The notes under the pieces were generated by a model that had not been told where the DNA came from, ran no database searches, and saw only the letters and a list, made by a program, of their open reading frames with translations. From Macrostomum lignano (taxonomy: Eukaryota): 64,000 nucleotides of DNA. Location of the stretch: NCBI GenBank assembly GCA_002269645.1, contig NIVC01000955.1, positions 248,001-312,000 of the forward strand, read 5' to 3'. Each line of letters starts with the position of its first letter. Position 1 is the first letter of the stretch. The translations under genes were made by a program, and so were the position numbers. This document shows positions 38,151 to 49,043 of the stretch, one piece after another.

Positions 38151-41100
38151 CAACAGCCCCCCTCCTCGACAACCTTAAACCCGGCCAGCCGCCGCCTCTT
38201 CCCGGCAGAGTGCAGCCGGGAGTTGGCCCACTCCAGAATCTGCTGCTCCTCGATCCTCTGCTGCCTTTCGCCGCTGTCGCCGCCGTCGCTACCGCAGCGC
38301 AGTCGAGCCAGCAGGCCCAGGGTGTACGCGCGCAACAGCTGAAACGCCAAGGCCAGCGTCAACTTCCGGTCGCCATCTCGGATATCCTCAGCTCCAATAT
38401 TGGTCATCGGCAGTCCCGCGGCCCTCGCCGAGTCCACCACGTAGTTGCAATTGGCCTGCCACTGGAACAGCCGGCGACCAGCGGCTGGAGCGAATTGGCG
38501 ACACACTTTTGACCAGGGCGCAACGCCTGGCCGAATAATGTCTAACAGGCTGAGCAGGATGAGACCGTTGCGCAGGTCGGAGTAAAGATCCTTGACGTAG
38601 GGATTCACTCCGAGGCTGTTCATCCAGTTGCGGTACGTTCGCTCCTCCAAGCTCTCTTGGTTGTCCAATTCTTCGAAAGCGCCATCGGTGCCGTTTCCAC
38701 CATTGACGTTCGAGTCCATGGCCTTAGATTAATAGAAGAAAAATCGATCGATTGACTTTTTGAGCCGACTTAGTAGCTGAGTGGGTACGTAAAGCGTTTA
38801 AGTCTAAAACTGTATATTTTAGCCACCATCTCAGCTAACACCCACTTCGCACTTTACCCCAAAAAACAACCACCTTGCACTTTGGCACCAAAATACCCAC
38901 CTCACGCCTTACCCTTAAAAGCACCCAGCTCACGCCTAAAAATATCCACCTCACGCCCTGCCCCCAAAACACCCACCTCACGCCTTGCCCACGAAACACC
39001 CACCTCACGCCCTGCCCTCAAAACATCCACCTCACGCCTTGCCCACGAAACACCCACCTCACGCCCTGCCCTCAAAACACCCACCTCACGCCTTGCCCAC
39101 GAAACACCAACCTCACGCCCTGCCCTCAAAACACCCACCTCACGCCTTGCCCACGAAATACCCACCTCACGCCTTGCCCCCAAAACACCCACCTCACGCC
39201 TTGCCCCCAAAATAACCACCTCACGCCTTACATTTCTAAAGTTGATTCGAAATTCGAGAGCGAAATAGCAACTAATATTTATAACAATGTCTAATCGTCA
39301 GGCATGTACACTCTTTGTGCCTTTTGGGTTGATCCTCATGAGTGTGAATCGCACCACCAACCTTCTTCGACCAATTTTCGTGCACAAGCCTCAAATAAAT
39401 GGAGCCGCTGCGCACGGAATCAAACCAAAGGTTGTGGCGCGAGAGTCGGACCACCAATAAAATATTAATTCGATACATTTCATAAATTAGACTTTACTCA
39501 CGGGATAATGATTGAACAGATTGGCCACAAAGGCCAGGTTAAGCTTCTCCCGATTTCTCCCAGCCTCGCTGGCTCCGGCCACGTCCTCCGGCTGGACAAA
39601 GACGGCGGCGTCCAGTTTTGCAGCGTTGCCCAGCACCAGGCGGGCTCGCTCTAGTCGGTCCGACGAAGGCAGGGCCAGCACTTGGCCTGCTGGGATCAGG
39701 TCTCGTCTGGGGAGTTGGGCATGGGTTGAGCTTAGATTAATGAAGGGAGCTTAGACTATTGAAGGGAGATCAGAATAATGAAGGGAGACTAGACTAATGA
39801 AGAGAGATTAGACTAATGACGGGAGATTAGACTAATGGGAGGAGATTAGACTAATGGGAGGAGATTAGACTAATTAAATGAAGGAAATTTAGACTAATGA
39901 TCAGGGAAGCTTAGACTAATAAAGGGAGATTAGACTAATAGAGATTAGGATAATGAAGGGAGATTAGACAAATGAAGGGAGCTTAGGCTAATGAAGGGAG
40001 ATTTGAGTAATGAAGGGAAATTAGACTAATGAGGGGAGCGCTCAAGTGAGGAGGAGTGGATTAAGCCAGATTTTTCATTTTCAGTCAGAGCCTACCTTCG
40101 CTGCGCGGGCGCCACCTGCGGCAGCAGATAGGCGTACGCCTCGCAGTCCTCGATATCCTCGCGGAAGTTGCGCAACCTCTTGGCGCAGCCGGCCCGGTCC
40201 AGCTGGTGATTGACCCAGCGCAGCAGGAGGTCCTCCGGGCTGAGCTGGCGCAGCTCCTCGACAGTCTCGCCAGGCAGCAGTAGCGCTGCCTTTTTGTCAG
40301 ATAGGAGATGCATGCTGGAAATTCTGTCTATGACTCGCAACATGCGCTTTTCATCTACTTTCAGTAGCATCGCTTGGACAAGGTTTTAATTTCACGCAAT
40401 GGTCAGTTAGACATCTTATATATCTAGTCAGTGAGGTGGATTGCTAGTCTGTGCGATGGATTGCTAGTATGTGTGGTGGATTGCTAGTCTGTGTTATGGA
40501 TTGCTAGTCTGTGTGGTGGAGTGCTAGTCTGTGATGTGGATTGCTAGTCTGTGTTATGGATTGCTAGTCTGTGTGGTGGAGTGCTAGTCTGTGATGTGGA
40601 TTGCTAGTCTGTGTTATGGATTGCTAGTCTGTGATGTGGATTGCTAGTCTGTGATGTGGATTGCTAGTCTGTGTTATGGATTGCTAGTCTGTGTGGTGGA
40701 TTGCTAGTCTGTGTTGTGGATTGCTAGTCTGTGATGTGGATTGCTAGTCTGTGATGTGGATTGCTAGTCTGTGATGTGGATTGCTAGTCTGAGATTCTGA
40801 TTGCTAGTCACAGTGCAGACAGGTATTAATTACCAGCTCCCTATGCTGAGCCAAAGTGATATCCTTGACCAGGCCGATTCTAATAATCTGCCATAGCAGC
40901 CCCAGCACGATGTGCTGCCGCCGCTCGCTGATGTCCTTCGCTCCGATGTTCACCACGAAGCAGCCGATTGACTCGGCGGAGTTGATGGCCAGCCCCAGGT
41001 TCTCGTGTCGGCGGTAGCCTGCGGCGGCGCCGCCGGAGCCACCGACCAACTCGGCCTTGTTGATGGCTCGCTCGTGGACCGTGTTGGGCACCGCGCAATT

Positions 41101-43864
41101 GACCAGCTTGCAGAGGACCAGACCGTCCGACAGCTTGTCGAATAGGTCGGCTTCGCCCAGAGGCAGGAGGTGGCGAAGGTCGGCGTCGCCTTCAAGCATC
41201 CTGTTGATCCAGCCTGCGAACGCTCGGCACTCCGACTCGCCAACGGTGTGAACTGTCCACTCGTTTCCGGTGCCCGAGATCTTCTGAACAGGTTGGGATG
41301 GATGCGGTGGGTTGCTAGTCTGTCGGTGGATTGCTAGACTGTGCGGTGGATTGCTAGTCTGTGCGCTGGATTGCTAGCCTGTGCGGTGGATTGCTAGACT
41401 GTGCGGTGGATTGCTAGTCTGTGCGGTGGATTGCTAGACTGTGCGGTGGATTGCTAGTCTGTGCGCTGGATTGCTAGTCTGTGCGGTGGATTGCTAGACT
41501 GTGCGGTGGATTGCTAGTCTGTGCGGTGGATTGCTAGACTGTGCGGCGGATTGCTAGACTGTGCGGTGGATTGCTAGTCAGTGCGGAGGATTGCTAGACT
41601 GTGCGGTGGATTGCTAGACTGTGCGGTGGATTGCTAGTCTGTGCGCTGGATTGCTAGCCTGTGCGGTGGATTGCTAGACTGTGCGGTGGATTGCTAGACT
41701 GTGCGGTGGATTGCTAGACTGTGCGGTGGATTGCTAGTCTGTGCGGTGGATTGCTAGTCTGTGCGGTGGATTGCTAGACTGTGCGGTGGATTGCTAGTCT
41801 GTGCGGTGGATTGCTAGACTGTGCGGTGGATTGCTAGACTGTGCGGTGGATTGCTAGACTGTGCGGCGGATTGCTAGACTGTGCGGTGGATTGCTAGTCA
41901 GTGCGGAGGATTGCTAGACTGTGCGGTGGATTGCTAGACTGTGCGGTGGATTGCTAGACTGTGCGGTGGATTGCTAGTCTGTGCGGTGGATTGCTAGACT
42001 GTGCGGTGGATTGCTAGTCAGTGCGGAGGATTGCTAGACTGTGCGGTGGATTGCTAGTCAGTGCGGATGATTGCTAGACTGTGCGGTGGATTGCTAGTCA
42101 GTGCGGTGGATTGCTAGACTGTGCGGTGGATTGCTAGACTGTGCGGTGGATTGCTAGACTGTGCGGTGGATTGCTAGTCTGTGCGGTGGATTGCTAGTCT
42201 GTGCGGTGGATTGCTAGACTGTGCGGTGGATTGCTAGCCCCGACTCGTATGTGTTTTCGGTGAAATAGATATTAAGATTTTTTTGAATGCCTTTTTTTTG
42301 CAACAGCGGCGATTCGAACATTAACGCGCACTTACGCACTGAGCATTGCTAGCAAACAGCTGCGTACACACTGACTGCTTTGATAATTTACCAAAACTTT
42401 CTCACGTTCTCTTCTTTAGCAACAGGTCTAATTGAAGCGCAAGTAACGTGATACATGTAGTGCTGGTTTCAATCTTCAATCTTAAGTTCATCAAATTCCT
42501 TCGATTCTGACACCGCGCTCTCTTAAAACACCCAATGAGAAATCAAAGAATACATCATGTTCGCTCAGTGCTACACGTACTTCTCACTAGTCTGCACTTT
42601 TTTAATTGACGATCAGAGAACTGTGGCATAAGAACGGATGTCGGAACTGACTTAGCTCCTTTGAATTGGCCCATTGACTCATAACTGGAATGACCCACTG
42701 ACTTATCACTGGAGTCACTCATTGACTCATCTCTGGAGTGACCCATCAATGGAGTCACTCATCTCTTGAGTGACTCATCTCTGGAGTGACCCGTCTCTGG
42801 AGTGACTCATCTCTGATGTGACTCATCTCTGGAGTGAACCCATCTCTGGAGTGACTCATCTCTGGAGTGGCTCATTTCTGGAGTGACTCATCTCTGGAGT
42901 GACTCATCTCTGGAGTGGCTCATTTCTGGAGTGAATCATCACTGGATTGGCCCATCTCTGGAGTGACTCATTTCTGATCTGACTCATCTCTGGAGTGACC
43001 CACCTCTGGAGCTATCCGTCTCTGGGGTGACTCATCTCTGGAGTGACTCATCTCTGATGTGACTCATCTCTGGAGTGAACCCATTTCTGGAGTGACTCAT
43101 CTCTGAAGTGGCTCATTTCTGGAGTGACTCATCTCTGGAGTGACTCATCTCTGGAGTGACCCACCGACTCATCACTGGATTGACCCACCTCTGGAGCGAC
43201 CCGTCTCTGGAGTGACTTATCCCTGGAGTGACTCATTTCTGGAGTGACTCATCTCTGGAGTTACTCATCTCTAGAGTGACCCACCGACTCATCACTGGAG
43301 TAAGTCCTCTAGATTGACCCATTGACTCACTATTGGAGCGAAGCATTGAGTAAACATTGAAGCAACTGATTACTGAATTGACCCACCGACTCATCTCTGG
43401 AGTGACTCCAGATTGGATTGATTACTCAAACCAGAATGATCATTAGTTAGACAAGCTCGAATCGAATCTGAAAATCAACCCCCCTATGTTGACCTCAGAT
43501 GACCTATCTGCACTAAACTGACCTCAACCCGCTGCTTGGTCTCCCGTCTCTGCAGGCCCAGCCTGGAGTCCCTCAGCAGAAGCTGGTCGCTCCGGTGTCT
43601 CGGCCTGGCCCGACGATACAGCTTCAACAGGGAGTCCCGGTCGAAGGCCTCGGCGCCACTATCACCGACATCAGCCAGCAGGTCGCGCAGTTGAAATCCA
43701 GTGACTTTGACGCCCATGGCTTCTAAAGCGTCGCGCAGCTGATCCCTTGACAAGCGGCCATCGGCGGTGCACATTGCCGGGAAGCGACGCAACAAATCGC
43801 CGACAGCGTCGTCAACTTCGGCGGCGTCCATCAAATCGACGACAGCTGATTCGTCGTTGAGCAT
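37421..43864 (-). CDS. PLS: Plastin/fimbrin (EF-hand-like headpiece + 4 CH domains), about 667 aa. Exons 43864-43523, 41283-40834, 40289-40096, 39706-39502, 38722-38174, 37684-37421
   Basis: Hallmark motifs: AFAGWINRML, DGLVLCKLVNCAVPNTVHERAIN, HENLGLAINSAESIGCFVVNIGAKDI, HIVLGLLWQIIRIGL, LSPEDLLLRWVNHQL, KLNLAFVANLFNHYP, EERTYRNWMNSLGV, KLTLALAFQLLRAYTL, RYILSAARMLGARIFTLPEHVV. All five introns are GT-AG with compatible phases (0,0,2,0,0). There is an in-frame TGA upstream of ATG 43864. Confidence 0.96.
37703..38150. repeat. (ATCA)n microsatellite in the last plastin intron
   Basis: Direct reading. Confidence 0.97.
38860..39230. repeat. About 26-bp minisatellite, same family as 36075-36385
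   Basis: Direct reading. Confidence 0.88.
39730..40035. repeat. About 20-bp degenerate repeat (GGGAGATTAGACTAATGAA), intronic
   Basis: Direct reading. Confidence 0.85.
40430..40810. repeat. 20-bp minisatellite (GTGGATTGCTAGTCTGTGAT)
   Basis: Direct reading. Same family as 41300-42238. Confidence 0.93.
41300..42238. repeat. 20-bp minisatellite (GTGGATTGCTAGACTGTGCG)
   Basis: Direct reading. Confidence 0.96.
42700..43410. repeat. 16-bp minisatellite (GAGTGACTCATCTCTG) carrying repeated TGACTCA
   Basis: Direct reading. Confidence 0.9.
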
Positions 43865-44221
43865 CGTTGAAGAGTTCAAAAACGTCTTGACTCAGAGACG
43901 TCTACAGGTAAGATGCAGTTAATTTATATCCAGCCAAATAACACTGGAGGCGGGTTTTATAGATGGCTCGCGGAATGTACATTAGCTCTAGCGTCTCTCT
44001 CTCTCCACATTCTCCGGCAACCGTCGATCTGTGATAGCCAGACGGACAAAGGATAGGATTAGAAAAAAGGCGTGGTGTGGACACATCCGCCCTCTCCCTA
44101 CCCCCCCCCCCACCTAAAGCGTATTGAGCGTAGCCAAGGAGACCAAGAAGCGGAACTCGGATTTGCAGTTCGTTTCCAAAACCCCACCCGATTTTTACGA
44201 CTGTAAGGCTGACCGCAGGGG

Positions 44222-44524
44222 GTCCGTAGCCTCAGTGGTCCAGCGCGGCGCTCTGGTGTGCCAGCGGCCCAGGCTCGATTCCAAAGTACAGTCAACATTA
44301 GTTTGGGGCTGAATTGGAATCTGGGCTTGGATCTGCTCGTGTAATTACGAACGCCCGTGATGGCCAACCCCCAAGGCGCAGTGAAGTGTACATGCCTAAC
44401 GATAAATAAAGTTAGGGCCCCTGTACTCTCCTGTGTGAGTGTGTGCCTGTGCGTATGACTGCGTACGTATCCGCGCGCTTGTGTGCCTGCTCAGGGGAGT
44501 CGGCGGAATGGGCAGTAATGCCTC
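44222..44524 (+). mobile_element. tRNA-derived SINE, copy 4 (apparently full length)
   Basis: A-box-like TAGCCTCAGTGG (44227) and B box GGCTCGATTCC (44272), then the shared core GGCCAACCCCCAAGGCGCAGTGAAGTGTACATGCCT. Confidence 0.78.
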
Positions 44525-45164
44525 TCGCCGGTTTTAGTAAATTTATCATAACTTTGAGTTGGCTTGAACCGATTATAACAAACCAAATCTTTTTTTGAAG
44601 GAAGCTCCATAAATTAGCGGAATTTTCCAGTCCAAGCTCTAGCTCTCAGGGCCTCCTTGGCCTACCTAAAAGCTGTGTTACACTGATGACGATGGTCAAA
44701 ACTCAAGACTTAACTGTATCTAACGGAGAGTTAGGGCGGTGGCTACTCAAGCCGGCCGTACGCACAGGATTTTAGTCTAGTTAAGCAGTTGGTCAGTCAG
44801 TTGGTCGTCGGATCTGTTTAAATAATTAATTTAGAATTGAGAATAGTTAATGCAATGCAAGCTTTTTACTTTTATAGGCAACTTGAGCTCAACTTCTACT
44901 GTTATAATCGCACATTCTGTAGTTTATTTTTAGCAACAGAAGAAAATAATAATTAAAAAAACAAATTACGGACAAATTAACTTATTTTAACCGCTGCAGG
45001 CTCCTGGTTTAGCACCTGCTATTTAAATTTACATTATTCTGTCTTTTTAACACTAATATATTTGGATAAGCATGCCTTAATATAAAGGAAAATGCCACGC
45101 ATTAGCATGAATGCATATAAGGACACAGTATTTGAGAAAACATAAAAAACACTCGAGAAAGCAA

Positions 45165-46180
45165 ACACAAGACACAGTAAAAGAGACACAAGACACAGAA
45201 GACGGAGACAAGATACAGAAGGTGGACGAAAGACACAGTGAAAAAGCGGACACAAGACACAGTGAGAAGACGGACACAAGACACAGTGAGAAAGCGGACA
45301 CAAGACACAGTGAGAAGACGGACACAAGACACAGTGAGAAGACGGACACAAGACACAGTGAGAAGATGGACACAAGACACAGTGAGAAGACGGACACAAG
45401 ACACAGTGAGAAGACGAACACAAGACACAGTGAGAAGATGGACACAAGACACAGTGAGAAGACGGAAACAAGACACAGTGAGAAGGCGGACACAAGACAC
45501 AGTTAGAAGACGGACACAAGACACAGTGAGAAAGCGGACACAAGACACAGTGAGAAGACGAACACAAGACACAGTGAGAAGACGGACACAAGACACAGTG
45601 AGAAGACGGACACAAGACACAGTGAGAAGACGGACACAAAACACAGTGAGAAGACGGACACAAGACACAGTGAGAAGGCGGACACAAGACACAGTGAGAA
45701 GACGGACACAAGACACAGTGAGAAGATGGACACAAGACACAGTGAGAAGACGGACACAAGACACAGTGAGAAGACGAACACAAGACACAGTGAGAAGACG
45801 GACACAAGACACAGTGAGAAGACGGAAACAAGACACAGTGAGAAGGCGGACACAAGACACAGTGAGAAGACGGACACAAGACACAGTGAGAAAGCGGACA
45901 CAAGACACAGTGAGAAGACGAACACAAGACACAGTGAGAAGACGGACACAAGACACAGTGAGAAGACGGACACAAGACACAGTGAGAAGACGGACACAAA
46001 CACAGTGAGAAGACGGAAACAAGACACAGTGAGAAGGCGGACACAAGACACAGTGAGAAGACGGACACAAGACACAGTGAGAAGACGGACACAAAACACA
46101 GTGAGAAGACGGAAACAAGACACAGTGAGAAGGCGGACACAAGACACAGTGAGAAGACGGACACAAAACACAGAAGGCGG
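45165..46180. repeat. 24-bp minisatellite (GACACAAGACACAGTGAGAAGACG)
   Basis: Direct reading. It explains the 8-residue periodic ORFs in several frames. Confidence 0.96.
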
Positions 46181-46201
46181 ACACAATACAAACTTTGTCT
46201 A

Positions 46202-46783
46202 TCATTGCGACCTTCGCAGCCGCAGCTGGGCCAACAGGCCAGTCCTGTACTCTTCCCAAGCCTTATCCAGATCTTTAGTCAGCAACGGATGCAGAATCTC
46301 CCGGACTCTGACAGCTTCGGTCGTCTCCCCAGCCGTCGCCGTTGCCGCCTCTTCGGCCTCCTCGGCCTCGGCCATCGCGGCTGCTGCGGCCGCCATCCCG
46401 GCCTCCTCGCCTCGGCCAAAAATGGCGCTATCGTGTCCCCGCTCGTTCATCATCTTGGCGTAGCCGCCGCTGCTGGCGCCGCCGCCGCCGCTGCTGGTGC
46501 CGCCGCCGCCTCGGGAACGGGACGAGACGAACGCGGCCGGACGGAACCCGTCGTCGGCTTCGATTTCGGCCACTCGACGCTCCCGATCTTGTTCGTTGCC
46601 GATGCGAGACAGATGAATGTCGGAGCTTCTGCTGCCGCCGTTCCTGTCTTTAGCGTCGCTGCCATCTGAGGACGAATGCGACGGTGATCGATCGCGTCGA
46701 TGCCGCTTCGAGCTGTCTCGATGCTCGCGATGGTGGCGGTGGTGATGCCGGGACTTGCCGTGACGCGATGAGTTGCCTGGCAT
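46202..46783 (-). CDS. Single-exon Arg/Ser/His-rich protein resembling RSRC1 (SRrp53), 193 aa
   Basis: GC-rich ATG-initiated ORF. RRVAEIEADDGFRPAAFVSSR and ILHPLLTKDLDKAWEEYRTGLLAQLR resemble from memory the conserved RSRC1 segments ([41 protein letters not shown]). The family call needs a search. Confidence 0.7.
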   Translation of the reverse strand: MPGNSSRHGKSRHHHRHHREHRDSSKRHRRDRSPSHSSSDGSDAKDRNGGSRSSDIHLSRIGNEQDRERRVAEIEADDGFRPAAFVSSRSRGGGGTSSGGGGASSGGYAKMMNERGHDSAIFGRGEEAGMAAAAAAMAEAEEAEEAATATAGETTEAVRVREILHPLLTKDLDKAWEEYRTGLLAQLRLRRSQ

Positions 46784-46959
46784 AGCGCTGCGTTTTCTTG
46801 CGGGGGATGGAGAGGCTGTTTGAGAAGCTGCGCCGGCGTTGGGAGGCTGAAAATCTGAGGATTAAAGATGCGGGATTCGGGTTTTGCTGAGGAATCTGAT
46901 TGGGGATTAGGAGTGGGAATGAAGATGGGATTTGGAAGAGGAACGAGGATAGGATTGAG

Positions 46960-47240
46960 GAGGGAGTAAAGATGGGATGGGGATGGGATTAGAGATGAGA
47001 ATAAAAGATGCGATTAGGGTGGGAATTGGGATGGGATTAGGGATGAGAATGGGGATGGGATTAGGGTGAGAATGGGGATGGGATTAGGGATGAGAATGGG
47101 GATGGGATTAGGGTGAGAATGGGGATGGGATTAGGGATGAGAATGGGGATGGGATTAGGGTGAGAATGGGGATGGGATTAGGTTAGAAATGGGGATGGGA
47201 TTAGGTTAGAAATGGGGATGGGATTAGGTTAGAAATGGGG
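46960..47240. repeat. 23-24-bp G-rich repeat (GGGGATGGGATTAGGGATGAGAAT)
   Basis: Direct reading. Confidence 0.88.
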
Positions 47241-49043
47241 CTGGCGAGACGTCGGGCGCCAGACGGCGCTGGATGACGCGAACTGTCCTGCAAAATGCAT
47301 TGGTGCAGGCATACTTGCTTAGTGCATGTGTACTTTCTTAGTGCAAGTTTACTTTCTTAGTGCAAGTGTACTTACTTAGAACAGACATACTTTTAGTGCA
47401 GATGTACTTTCTTAGTGTAGGCATACTTTCTTTGTGTGTACTAATAAGTGCATAAACAAGTCACATAAAACATGTAAATTCAATAATCTGGGGCACTTTT
47501 AAAAAATAGGAAACCAGGTCTAGGTTTAAATAAACTATGTAGCATAGCTATAAAAGTTATTATTTCTATAATGAAATCTATGTGCATAAAAATATATACT
47601 TGTTATCTACTTATAAAGAAAATATTAGGATGACACCCCAAAAAGTTACAGCAAGAGTTATAAAATGTGCATTTGAGTTTTTACACTATAGCATTTATAG
47701 CCTATACATTATAGTCTTTGAATGACCTTTAGTATAATACTTTTATATAAATTTTATTAGCTCTAAGCCAAATCTTTGGTTTTATTAATATATTTTCCAC
47801 TTGATTATGCACACCACTTTTAAAGTAGCCTTGCATACTTTATAGAAAATTTCTTAGAAATTTTTTTTATTTCTAAGTTATATAATTTTTAACAAATATT
47901 AAAGTTTAATACATTGCTTATCAATAGTGAATATTAATCTATCTCACACATACACACAGACAACTCATTTTTAGTATATTAGGATTATTTATTCTAATAT
48001 GTTTCGGCCACAATAGGCTTAAGTAAAAATTAGGCTTAATGGCTAAAGGGATTTAATTATAATATTTTGAAATATATTTTAATTTGAATTGGGAGATTAT
48101 TATTCACAATTGCATATAAGCTAAGGGTTAGATGATGATGTTTAGTGGAATGGGTGACTCCTATCTCTCTGCTGCATCTTTGGACTGCCCTGTACTGCAG
48201 CTAAGTCAGGGGTTAGATGATATCATATTTTTTAGATTTTTGAAACTCAAGATCTATACTTTTAATATAATTGAGATTTTTTTTGAGATTTAAGATTAAG
48301 CCTAAATAGCATCTAATAGGCCTATTTATACTATGATATCTATCAACATTAATATTGTTCTTTGTTAAATATATACAATGATGATAATAGGAAAAAAACA
48401 ATTATTATATAATATTGAGGTTGTTAATAACTTGATATATATCAAATATAAATAAGTAATATTGTTAGTTACCAAAAGTTAGATAGTCATAAATCTGGAC
48501 TTTTGAGATCTGGAAAGTGAGATAAGATTAAGAAAGTACAAAGATCTTAATAATTGAGATCAAGATCTTATTTAACCTTATTTATAGACTTAGGCTAGCC
48601 TATACTTATATAGCTATAAAGCAAACCTATTTTAATATTTCTTATTATCTTAGAGGAAATGTCAAGAGGGAAGGATTAAAGTAAAGTATATCTATAGGAA
48701 TAGAAGCTCTTTTATCAATTCCTTTAGTTTAGGGCCTAATCTTAATCTCTTTATGTTATTTGCCAAGTTTGACATTTATCAAGTTTAGATAAGCCTAGCT
48801 TTCGAATAGTAACTAGTATATATTATTATTGGCAGTTATATTATAGTTAGTTATAACTAAAATTATAGTTTAAACTTAAAAGACATATGAAAATGACAAT
48901 GGTCTTCTCTATAGGCCTAGTGCAATGACTAAGACCACCACACACCAGGACTGCCACAGCTATTGAGGCGGAGCTACCAATCTTCTAGAATTGCTATTCT
49001 TCTCATAGGTTCTTCTCTTGCAACCTTGTCCTACTGGCTATCC

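Noticed and set aside
45034-46463. Several 130-385-aa ORFs with 8-residue periodicity
   Set aside because: Products of the 24-bp minisatellite in multiple frames on both strands.
46960-47240. TTAGGG-containing repeat as telomeric sequence
   Set aside because: The hexamers are isolated within a 23-24-bp unit, not tandem.
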